Shown: positions 1-8,084 of the stretch, piece after piece
How positions within the stretch are numbered: the first letter of the stretch is position 1
How the letters are laid out: the number at the start of each line of letters is the position of its first letter
Source of the DNA: Victivallis vadensis
Lineage (GTDB): Bacteria > Verrucomicrobiota > Lentisphaeria > Victivallales > GWF2-50-93
NCBI GenBank assembly: GCA_945883805.1
Contig: CAMCYE010000008.1
Span: 1,240-65,239, forward strand
Reading direction: 5' to 3'
DNA length: 64,000 nt
Translations under genes and position numbers: made by a program
The notes under the pieces: generated by a model
The model's input: only the letters and a program-made list of their open reading frames with translations
Told to the model about the DNA's origin: nothing
Database searches by the model: none

Positions 1-25
1 CTTGGAAATCTTTCCAAAAAAAATA

Positions 26-349
26 TTACCTATATAGCTTTTTCGCCTCGTCTATTTTGCCTGCTATCCTTGATACTCTTGCAGCTTTTTGTGGGTCGTC
101 CATTAAGTTTAGAGCCTCTGTCAAGTAAGCGTCTATGATTGCAAAACATCTTGATATCATATAATTTTTGTGATTGCACCGACAATATGGATTAAACTTG
201 TCATACACCAGATATTCAACCATATTCATATAATCTCTGAATTTTGAAACCATAGCCAAAGCATTTTCTAAATCATGCAATTCTCCCGACTGTAAAAATT
301 TATCAACCTCAGGCATTCGTTTTTCTATCATCTCATGTGTCATATCCAT
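26..349 (-). CDS. hypothetical protein (element A)
   Basis: 107-aa ORF co-oriented with the xis-like and int genes; no recognisable motif. Confidence 0.4.
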   Translation of the reverse strand: MDMTHEMIEKRMPEVDKFLQSGELHDLENALAMVSKFRDYMNMVEYLVYDKFNPYCRCNHKNYMISRCFAIIDAYLTEALNLMDDPQKAARVSRIAGKIDEAKKLYR

Positions 350-428
350 TTTCCCATAGTCTCCTTTTTTTTAATGAGATAAAAAGCTAGCCGCAACTTA
401 TGGTTACATTATGCTTGCTGGAAAAACA

Positions 429-704
429 TCACCTGCACAATGCCTCTATGTCATCTAGTTTGTAACGGACAAGAGTTTTGCCAGCCAGCTTGATTGGTTT
501 CAACTCTCCAGATTTCTCCCAGTTGACAAGCGTCTGGGTTGTCACCTTCAGCATCTCGCAAGCTTCTTTCCGTGTTACAAGGACTGTCTTGCCGTCCGTC
601 CCCCTCGTGGCTGCGATTTCCTTCATCGTACCCTCACTTATCATGCCTGAGTCAACAAATCCTTTCAACGTCTGCCTAATCAATTTCAATTCATTTGCAT
701 TCAT
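429..704 (-). CDS. excisionase-family / MerR-type helix-turn-helix DNA-binding protein
   Basis: C-terminal segment TRKEACEMLKVTTQTLVNWEKSGELKPIKLAGKTLVRYKLDDIEAL fits the excisionase HTH pattern (HTH followed by a basic wing). It lies directly downstream of an integrase. Confidence 0.7.
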   Translation of the reverse strand: MNANELKLIRQTLKGFVDSGMISEGTMKEIAATRGTDGKTVLVTRKEACEMLKVTTQTLVNWEKSGELKPIKLAGKTLVRYKLDDIEALCR

Positions 705-794
705 AAATCTTTCTCCTTTTTACAATCATTATACTAACGAGGTAAAGATTTGGAGAAAATAAAATAAAAATAATTAAAAAATAAATTGCAGACA

Positions 795-822
795 ACAAAA
801 AGGGCTGGATTTAACCAGCCCT
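795..822 (-). terminator. rho-independent terminator after integrase A
   Basis: Hairpin agggctgg-attta-accagccct (801-822), followed on the minus strand by a T-run (plus-strand aaaaa at 796-800), about 30 nt after the int stop. Confidence 0.5.
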
Positions 823-850
823 TAAATGCTCTTAAATACTCTTAAATGAA

Positions 851-2257
851 TTAATTTACCTCTAAAGGTAATTGTAATATTTTTATCAGTTCTTTTTTTA
901 ACTCTCCTGTTTTGTCATTTGCAAGAGCGTGTTTAATTACGTTCAGGGCGTGTTTTACGTTATTACTCAGTACAGATATGGGTTTGACATCAATTACCGT
1001 ACCTGTCTCGCTGGAAACGGTCAAAGCAGGTAAAGCCATGACAGCTTTGGTTTTGCTCTCATCACTTGCCTTGATATAATACTTCTCCAATGTTCGTGCG
1101 CTGTCTCCAAGTATGCTTGCCAATGTCGTTATTGGTACGCCAGCATTAGCGGCAAACGAAGCAAACGAGTGGCGCAGGGAATGGAAACTGTAAAGCCTTC
1201 TGGATTTGCCCCTCTTCGCCTCTTGTATTTCCTTCAGCCCTACAGATTTTAAATCAAGCACTTTGTGAAAATCATCAACTATTCCATCAGGGTTTTGCTG
1301 GTAACGTTCAACTATTGACGGCATGACATAACCGCCTTTGTCTTTTGTTTCCGCTAGGTCTAATTGCACTTTCAATTCTGGGTGAAGCGGAATATGGACA
1401 TTTCTCTGTATGCCCCTAGTCTTTATCGGCAAAGCTGAAATCATCTTATTGGCAAAATCAACTTGGTCCCATTTCATGTGAACGGCATCAACAAGCCTTA
1501 ACCCTGTGCAAGCTCCAATATAGCAAAGCAGTTTTATTTCAGCTTTGTTGGGGATAATCAATAGAGGGTCATTAAAGCTTGCAAAGATTTTCTTCAGTTG
1601 TTCATCTGAAAAGTTTTTACGGTTTATCTTCTCTTCCTTTTTTCTTTCAATCCCAGTGAAAGGCGTTTCAAGCTTATTGAAGATAATTTTGAAAATCAGG
1701 TTTAATGCCTGAATGTGATAATTAAAAGTGTTTGCCGTTATGCCCCTAGCCAGTTTCTTTTCCTCTGCCGTCAATTCTTTTTCCTCTTCACCCTTTTTCT
1801 TTTTTGGCTCTGCTTTCATCCAGACATGCTCTGCATAGGCTTCAGCTTCCTTTGCGGTTATCTGGTTTACCTTTTTAATATTCCTATGGTTCTCCTCAAG
1901 CCATTTTACGAACATATCCCAACATCTTTTATAATTTTCAAGTGTGCCTTCAGAAGACTGTGGCCGCTTTGGGCTTTTAAGATATTGTTTCCACACTGTT
2001 TCCAATGTGTATTTTACATCTGTCAGAAGTTCTCTTGCTTCAGCAATGTGCCTAGTGACCTTTTCGGAAGAGGTTGCCATTAATGCTGGGGTTAATATTT
2101 CATCACGCTTTGCTTCTGCCTTTATCTTGTTGGCAGTTCCTAAGCTGATAAGTTTTGTTTTACCGTGAATGACATACCTTAGAGAATAGTTGCCTGTGGG
2201 ATTTCCTTTTGAATCCCTCCCCCTCTGAAACAGATACCCTTTTCCTGTTGTCTTCAT
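851..2257 (-). CDS. tyrosine recombinase / phage-type integrase (integrase A)
   Basis: C-terminal catalytic region ...LRLVDAVHMKW...HSLRHSFASFAANAGVPITTLASILGDSARTLEKYY (R..HxxR..Y pattern). The start is taken at MKTTGKGYLF (2257) rather than the upstream ORF start at 2320. Confidence 0.9.
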   Translation of the reverse strand: MKTTGKGYLFQRGRDSKGNPTGNYSLRYVIHGKTKLISLGTANKIKAEAKRDEILTPALMATSSEKVTRHIAEARELLTDVKYTLETVWKQYLKSPKRPQSSEGTLENYKRCWDMFVKWLEENHRNIKKVNQITAKEAEAYAEHVWMKAEPKKKKGEEEKELTAEEKKLARGITANTFNYHIQALNLIFKIIFNKLETPFTGIERKKEEKINRKNFSDEQLKKIFASFNDPLLIIPNKAEIKLLCYIGACTGLRLVDAVHMKWDQVDFANKMISALPIKTRGIQRNVHIPLHPELKVQLDLAETKDKGGYVMPSIVERYQQNPDGIVDDFHKVLDLKSVGLKEIQEAKRGKSRRLYSFHSLRHSFASFAANAGVPITTLASILGDSARTLEKYYIKASDESKTKAVMALPALTVSSETGTVIDVKPISVLSNNVKHALNVIKHALANDKTGELKKELIKILQLPLEVN

Positions 2258-2320
2258 TATCTTTATTCCTTTATGATTGTTTATAAGCGGATTACAGGTA
2301 AGATAACATTCAAAAAGCAA

Positions 2321-2342
2321 AAAGGTATCATAAAGGTATCAT
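2321..2342 (+). repeat. tandem 11-bp direct repeat AAAGGTATCAT x2 (candidate arm-type integrase sites of element A)
   Basis: Two exact copies at 2321-2331 and 2332-2342, between the int A start and the att fragment. Confidence 0.5.
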
Positions 2343-2384
2343 TTTCTATATTTTGTGCGTATATAGATACGTTCGCAACGTATA

Positions 2385-2416
2385 GGCCACGGGTTCGAGT
2401 CCCGTCAGCTCCACCA
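2385..2416 (+). ncRNA. ssrA: 3'-terminal fragment of a tmRNA (ssrA)-like gene (T-arm, acceptor 3' strand, CCA); att site, not an intact gene
   Basis: ggcc-ACGGG-TTCGAGT-CCCGT-CAGCTCC-A-CCA. The T-arm is canonical. CAGCTCCACCA matches the conserved tmRNA 3' end, with U70 for a G3:U70 pair. No complementary 5' acceptor strand (GGAGCTG) lies upstream. tRNA-Ala cannot be excluded. Confidence 0.6.
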
Positions 2417-2490
2417 TTTTATCTGCAACTGCTTAATTAACAGCACGTTAGCACTTTCCTAAAACTCTTCTCCACCAGTTTCTGCACTTT

Positions 2491-2513
2491 TTTGGTACAA
2501 GTTTGGTACAAGT
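2491..2513 (+). repeat. tandem 11-bp repeat TTTGGTACAAG x2 (candidate arm-type sites, left end of island B)
   Basis: tttggtacaagtttggtacaagt lies 23-45 nt upstream of the integrase B ATG. The same unit occurs x3 at 26765-26796. Confidence 0.6.
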
Positions 2514-2535
2514 CTTGCACCTGGGAAAGGAAAAC

Positions 2536-4170
2536 ATGACGCTCACTGTATCAGCCCTCTTAACCAGAAACGGCAGGTATTATTTCAGGATCTCCGTACC
2601 TCCTGACCTTAAAAACGACTTAAAAGTCCGGGAAATAAAAAAAAGGCTTCGAGTAACAGACTTGAATAGCGCCACGGAGTTATGTAACTTATTTTCCGAA
2701 AGATTAAAAAAACTGTTCTGCAAGTTGAGAAAAAACATGATTCCCAAAGAAAAAATTTCGACCGCTGTAGACGAATGCATGGAGACCGACCTTGAGCTTG
2801 ATGAAGAAGTCAGGATTGGGTCTGGCAAAAGAACCCCTGAAGACGTTATTCGTGATATAGCATTCAACAACAACCTGTTAAGATATTTCAGGGACAAGCT
2901 CATGTTAAACGACCTTGCCTCCGTATCTGAAAAAGCCGATGAAATAGTGCAGGAAAAGAAGTTTGATTTTAAAAAAGGTTCTCCCGCCCACAATTTCCTC
3001 TGCCGTGAAATATTGAAAAAGCGTGTAAACCGTTTTGAAATCGAAGCCGAAAGACTTGAAGGCAAATTTGAAAATCCTAAACCATATCCTCTTATTCAAG
3101 TCGCTCCACCGCCACCCCTCCCTCCCCTTACACCTGGGTTTAAGCTAAAGGAACTCTGTGAAAAATTTTATAGTGAGAAAAAGATTTCTTCATGGAGTGA
3201 GAAGACAGAACAGGATCAGCGAGCCCAATTTAATCTTCTAATCGAGGTTTTAGGAGATGTGCCGGTAAGGTCCATAACTAGACACATGCTTTTGGATTTC
3301 AGGGATAACATCTTGCTAAAACTTCCGGCAAATAGAACTAAAATTGCAATATATAAGGGGAAAACTGCTGAGATAATTGTCAAGATGAAGGATGTGAAAC
3401 CCATGAGTATTACTACGGCAAACGATACGCTCGTAATGATATCCTCCTTCTTCAAATGGTGTTCTCTGAACGAATTCACCGACAAGAATATTGGTGAAGG
3501 TCTTACCTTATCTTCCAGGAAAAACAAAATTAAGGCCGAAGAAATAAGAAAGGTCTATGAAAAAAAGGATATTGAAAAGATACTTGCTAATTTGCCATTC
3601 ACGGGGCAAGACAAGCACAGGTTCTGGATTCCAATCATTGCAATGTTTTCAGGAATGCGTCAGAACGAAATAGCGCAGCTTTACAAAAGTGACATTGTTA
3701 AAAAGGAAGGCATACTCTGCTTCGACATAAACGACACTTCACCTGATAAAAAGCTGAAAAACAAGGCATCCGCAAGGATAGTTCCAGTCCATCCGCTACT
3801 CCTTAATATTGGATTTGAGAAATACCTGAAAAGCGTGACTCATAAACGAATTTGGCCGACACTTAAGCCAAGCAGGGATGGATACGGGCAGCACTTCCAG
3901 CGCTGGTACGGGAGGTTTAACCGCTATTATGTAACGAATGACAAAAGAAAGGTCTTTCATTCTTTCAGACACGGTTTTGCTAATACTCTCAAGCAGACAG
4001 GCGTACAAGAATCCATAATCTCAGAGTTGATGGGGCATGCAAACGAGTCGATCACGACCGGAAGATATGGGAAAAGTTATGAACCTAAAAAACTGTTTGA
4101 CGCCATATGTAAGCTGGATTTCGGCATTGACGTAGTAAAGATACTGAAGTCAGCTGGGTATACTCCATAA
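2536..4170 (+). CDS. tyrosine recombinase / integrase (integrase B)
   Basis: C-terminal HSFRHGFANTLKQTGVQESIISELMGHANESITTGRYGKSY plus an upstream ...FSGMRQNEIAQL... (Arg) box. The start is taken at ATG 2536 (MTLTVSALL) instead of TTG 2503. Confidence 0.9.
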   Translation: MTLTVSALLTRNGRYYFRISVPPDLKNDLKVREIKKRLRVTDLNSATELCNLFSERLKKLFCKLRKNMIPKEKISTAVDECMETDLELDEEVRIGSGKRTPEDVIRDIAFNNNLLRYFRDKLMLNDLASVSEKADEIVQEKKFDFKKGSPAHNFLCREILKKRVNRFEIEAERLEGKFENPKPYPLIQVAPPPPLPPLTPGFKLKELCEKFYSEKKISSWSEKTEQDQRAQFNLLIEVLGDVPVRSITRHMLLDFRDNILLKLPANRTKIAIYKGKTAEIIVKMKDVKPMSITTANDTLVMISSFFKWCSLNEFTDKNIGEGLTLSSRKNKIKAEEIRKVYEKKDIEKILANLPFTGQDKHRFWIPIIAMFSGMRQNEIAQLYKSDIVKKEGILCFDINDTSPDKKLKNKASARIVPVHPLLLNIGFEKYLKSVTHKRIWPTLKPSRDGYGQHFQRWYGRFNRYYVTNDKRKVFHSFRHGFANTLKQTGVQESIISELMGHANESITTGRYGKSYEPKKLFDAICKLDFGIDVVKILKSAGYTP

Positions 4171-5461
4171 TGAAATTCGACTATGTACGGTTTATCAAAT
4201 GTGTCACTGCGGCCTCAACCCCGGACGATCACGCTAGTGACATTGATAGTGGCTTTTCCTATACACCCCCTACAGGCTCTATTAGAGAGGAATTGGGAAA
4301 ACCGGCATCTACTGTCACCAATGTCACCAACGGGATTGGTTCAGCCTCAGTTCCATATGATGCTGATTATTGTCCGGAAAGTTACCCGACACCGCAACAT
4401 CTGGGTAAAGTTGCCCAGAAGTCTGCCTCGCCAGCGGTAAGCTCTCTACAAAATTTACTTTAACCCTATAGCCGGCGGTGGACTTTAATACAGCTTTTCA
4501 GCATTTAGATGGCGCATTCTTCAAAAGATTTACTTGGAAACAAGTTTTGAGTGGGCAACATTGCCCATTCACATCAGGTTTTCTTTCCCGCCTTTCGCCT
4601 GTTGTTGGAAATGCTTCTGCCCAGAACTGGGTGGAAGTATGAAATAAACAGAATGGAACTTCTGGTCCAATTGAGCCAGAAGTTAAAAACCATGTGTATG
4701 ATTTCTGTCAAAGGGCAGTTTCAAAACCAGCCACTATCTAAGCCATCCGACCGGATATCCAGCTTTCTTAAAGGTGAAATATCTTAATGCACAGGCAGTT
4801 GGCATGCTTTATGCTATTCACATAAATTAATAAACAATTATATCCCCCCTTATAAAGGGGGGATATAATTGGTCTTTATTTGAGAACTGTAAAAAAGGGA
4901 TTGTCAGAAAAGAATAAAAATATTATTAAAAAATCTTCCCTTTGCGGGGACTCCCTTACGGTCGCCCGCAAAGGGACTGAAGAATATAGTAATTACGTGG
5001 TAGTGTTCTCAGCCAGGGAATCCGAAGTGTCTTACGGGCTGAACAAAAACAAGTTCATGAAGTAATTGCCAGTCCTGACAAATATCAGACCATGTATGAT
5101 TGATTTGTTCTCCATCGCCGCTTTTGAATTCCTTTCCAGATTTGTTTTCATTATCTCCGCAGTTGCACCTGATTGAAAGCCAGGAAGTTTCCAGTCAGCC
5201 TGATATCTGAAGCAAACAGCTCAGAGGTCTGCGGAAACGATCATTTTCAGGCATTTTAAGTGACTTGTGACAAAAGAGCGTATAGCTGTCATGAAGTGCC
5301 AGGGAACGGCTTGGTAAAGGTTTTCATAACGGGTAAAATTATTAAAGGGAGCTTGGAACTTTGCAGATATTCACTGCAACGAGCTACAGGTTTTGAAAAT
5401 GATTGAGGCGTTTCTGCAAATCGCGCCAAAATCTTATTAAAATCGTCGCGTCCGCCCAATT

Positions 5462-5480
5462 AAAAGTCTACTATGGTAGA
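5462..5480. promoter_or_regulatory. operator-like palindrome AAAAGTCTACTATGGTAGA (TCTAC-N4-GTAGA), copy 1
   Basis: A near-identical 19-mer recurs at 11621-11639 (one C/T difference). Confidence 0.4.
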
Positions 5481-5505
5481 TCATTGCCAAAGGAAGAGAG
5501 TTTAT

Positions 5506-6030
5506 CTACCTCTCCGAAGCCTTAACTTTACTGATGACCAGCTCTATGATTTTCTTCTTTTCATTTGGATCAAGCCTCATGTAATTGTCCAGCAATAGCT
5601 TCTGGTCGACAGACAGGGCATTCTCCGACAGCACGGCATGATAATCCTCCGGCATCAGCCTGGATATGCTTACATTCAAAGCGTTGCAGATGTTGCGGAC
5701 GTCATCTACCGGTGCAGGCTGCTCTCCTTTCCGGTATTCCATGATCGTGTTTACTGACAGATTGGTTTTTCTGGAAAGCTGGACATTGGATATGTTAAGC
5801 CTAGACATCAGTTCGTCAAGCTGTCTTGAAAAATCATTTATCTGAAGCCATTTCGCAATACAGGGGTAAAGCTTGACCCAGGCATCATCACTGATCGCCT
5901 TTATCTCTCCATTAAGATATCTGGCGATTGTGGCTTGGGTTATGCCGGTTTTTGCGGCAAGTGCCAGTTGGGAGCCTTTTTCCTTTACAGCTCCAGCCAA
6001 TGCGTTTTTGATTTTATTTGTTACTTTCAT
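5506..6030 (-). CDS. XRE-family transcriptional regulator with two HTH domains (repressor-like)
   Basis: Two XRE-type HTH segments: LAAKTGITQATIARYLNGE and LSRKTNLSVNTIMEYRKGEQ. It is divergent from the rightward gene block. Confidence 0.8.
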   Translation of the reverse strand: MKVTNKIKNALAGAVKEKGSQLALAAKTGITQATIARYLNGEIKAISDDAWVKLYPCIAKWLQINDFSRQLDELMSRLNISNVQLSRKTNLSVNTIMEYRKGEQPAPVDDVRNICNALNVSISRLMPEDYHAVLSENALSVDQKLLLDNYMRLDPNEKKKIIELVISKVKASER

Positions 6031-6122
6031 GGTTTCCTTATTATACTTAGAAGAATAGTATAGGTCTGTATCGGCAGTAAGTCAAATAAATTAAATTAAT
6101 ATTACTTGAGCGCTTGAATAAT

Positions 6123-6139
6123 TATACGTGGCACGTATA
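6123..6139. promoter_or_regulatory. 17-bp palindrome TATACGTG-G-CACGTATA in the divergent promoter region (candidate operator)
   Basis: Perfect 8-1-8 inverted repeat between the XRE gene (start 6030) and the rightward ORF (6172). Confidence 0.4.
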
Positions 6140-6171
6140 GTATGCATAGTTATAAATAACATTAGGAGGAA

Positions 6172-6540
6172 ATGAAAATGGAGAAGAAGAAAACAGTGAA
6201 GACAATAAACACCTTTACCATCGAAGCTCTGGCTGACAGTTTGCATTCGATCAAAGCTGAAGAGGAACGTCTCAAAAAACTGATGGTTACAGCCATGAGG
6301 ATGCAAAAGCTCAGTGAAGTGCGTACGGAATCCGGCCTGATCGCATTTGTTGAGGGTCGGGACATGCTGGTCATAAACAAGAAAAAGCTGGAGGAAATAC
6401 TCCTCTTCCGCTTCAAGCTCAAACCGTCCAGGCTAAAGAAGGCCATTGTCGATAGCCATGACAGCAAGTTGGTGGAGGCAAATGTCCGTATCTACAGCGG
6501 TAAAAAATACGCTGGATATACGGCAAGGAAAGCTGCTTAA
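6172..6540 (+). CDS. hypothetical protein
   Basis: 122-aa ORF preceded by AGGAGGA. The second ATG at 6178 is better spaced from the RBS. No recognisable motif. Confidence 0.5.
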   Translation: MKMEKKKTVKTINTFTIEALADSLHSIKAEEERLKKLMVTAMRMQKLSEVRTESGLIAFVEGRDMLVINKKKLEEILLFRFKLKPSRLKKAIVDSHDSKLVEANVRIYSGKKYAGYTARKAA

Positions 6541-6554
6541 AATTAAAGATCGAG

Positions 6555-6571
6555 TGGTTCAGCCTCAGTTC
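6555..6571 (+). promoter_or_regulatory. conserved 17-mer TGGTTCAGCCTCAGTTC containing GTTC-N7-GTTC, 73 nt upstream of dinB
   Basis: An exact second copy lies at 4337-4353. Similarity continues imperfectly for about 13 more nt in both copies. Confidence 0.35.
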
Positions 6572-6643
6572 TATGTAATGATCACGACTCAAAATAAACA
6601 GGAAAATTAATTTAACCCCGGTAACACCGGAAAAAGGAGAGAG

Positions 6644-7861
6644 ATGAAGAAAACAGACAGTATGAACGGTGGCGTGGAATTCGCTGGATCGACAAAAACC
6701 GAAAACAAGATTGAACTTGCGGCTCCGACCGTCGAGACGTTTGTCACAACTGACAGGAAAATAATAGTTGTTGACATGGATGCGTATTTCGCTTCTGTGG
6801 AACAGCGAGACAATCCAGATTTAAAAGGCAAACCTGTTATTGTATGCGAATCACTTGGAAGTCGTGGCGTAGTTTCTACCGCATCGTATGAGGCCAGAAA
6901 GTTTGGCGTCCACTCTGCCATGCCTTTATGGAAAGCGCGACAACTCTGTCCTGAAGGCATATTCCTAGAGGTAAGGATCGATGTCTATAAAATCATATCC
7001 AGCCAAATAAAAAACATCTATCTTGAATACACTGATCTTGTGGAACCAGTCGCTCTTGATGAAGCTTATCTCGATGTTACGGTCAATAAAAAAGGCATTT
7101 CTTCAGCAATTGATCTCGCCGGAGAGATACAGTCACGCATATTTTTCGAGACGAAACTGACGGCTTCTGCTGGTGTGTCTTTCAATATGTTCCTGGCCAA
7201 GCTCGCTTCTGGCATGCACAAACCATCTGGGCTTACAGAAATTACAAAAGACCAAGTTGACAGTTTGATGGACAACTTACCCATCGGCGAGTTCTACGGC
7301 GTTGGCGAGGTGACAGAATCTAAATTTCGTAACATGGGCGTTGAAACTGGAGCCGACTTGAAAAAGCTCTCCTTTGACGATCTGAGCAGGCTCTTTGGTA
7401 AACCTGGGCGGAGCTTCTATAATTTGGTGCGTGGAATAGACGAAAGGGTAGTGGATCCCAACAAGCTACGTAAATCAATTGGCAAGGAGATCACCCTCCA
7501 GGCCGATACGGAGAATGTTGAAGAAATCCTGGATAATCTTGCAACTCTATCTACAGATGTTGAAAAACTTCTTCAAGTTGAAGGTCTTTACGGGCGTACA
7601 ATCACGTTAAAATTGAAATACGGTAATTTCTCTTCGATTACTAGGCAGCAAGCTTTGAAAGAATTTACTGATGATGCAGTAATTTTCTTCAACACCGCTG
7701 TTGGACTCCTGAAAAAGACAAGGGCCGGGGAATGGCCCGTTCGTTTGGTTGGCATAGCGGTTTCAGGGTTTGCCCCGTTACCTGAAAGCGAACCTGCTGT
7801 TTCTGAATCTCCCTCACTATCGGCTACAACGAACATGGAGGTGGCACAGATTACAGCATAG
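6644..7861 (+). CDS. dinB: DNA polymerase IV (Y-family translesion polymerase)
   Basis: IIVVDMDAYFASVEQRDNPDLKGKPVIV, SYEARKFGVHSAMP and LDEAYLDV motifs. RBS AAGGAGAG. The ~40-aa N-terminal extension suggests the true start could be internal. Confidence 0.9.
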   Translation: MKKTDSMNGGVEFAGSTKTENKIELAAPTVETFVTTDRKIIVVDMDAYFASVEQRDNPDLKGKPVIVCESLGSRGVVSTASYEARKFGVHSAMPLWKARQLCPEGIFLEVRIDVYKIISSQIKNIYLEYTDLVEPVALDEAYLDVTVNKKGISSAIDLAGEIQSRIFFETKLTASAGVSFNMFLAKLASGMHKPSGLTEITKDQVDSLMDNLPIGEFYGVGEVTESKFRNMGVETGADLKKLSFDDLSRLFGKPGRSFYNLVRGIDERVVDPNKLRKSIGKEITLQADTENVEEILDNLATLSTDVEKLLQVEGLYGRTITLKLKYGNFSSITRQQALKEFTDDAVIFFNTAVGLLKKTRAGEWPVRLVGIAVSGFAPLPESEPAVSESPSLSATTNMEVAQITA

Positions 7862-8084
7862 TTCAACGTGGTGGGGGTGGTGGGGTTAAACGCCATTTTC
7901 TTAAGACTTTTTGTATATGTGTGTGAAAAAAAGTCTTGGGAAACAGCCCTCTATCCCCACCAAATCTTACTGGAGTTCGACGGCTGGCAAACACAATGAA
8001 ACACTGAAAATCGCAGGATGATAAGAACAAATATGTCGGAAAACATTATGGCAGCGGAGAAACATTAACAACAAAGGAGGCTAT

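Larger units (their letters stand above)
1..2418. mobile_element. Right-hand end of integrated element A (hypothetical gene, excisionase-like gene, integrase) abutting a tmRNA/tRNA-like 3' fragment; left end lies outside the window
   Basis: int (851-2257) and xis-like HTH (429-704) are co-oriented on the minus strand. The int 5' end faces the ssrA-like fragment at 2385-2416, with tandem 11-bp repeats at 2321-2342 in between. Confidence 0.55.

Noticed and set aside
2470-2477. A second CTCCACCA octamer 55 nt right of the att fragment, as evidence for a third att relic.
   Set aside because: Only 8 nt match and there is no T-arm context. This could be chance or a core-type binding site and is not supportable alone.
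4170-5065. ORFs 4170-4463, 4183-4440, 4551-4787 and 4880-5065 as real genes.
   Set aside because: They have no RBS and are mutually overlapping or low-complexity. The region contains repeat copies and a truncated parB-like fragment, so I treated it as decayed or non-coding.
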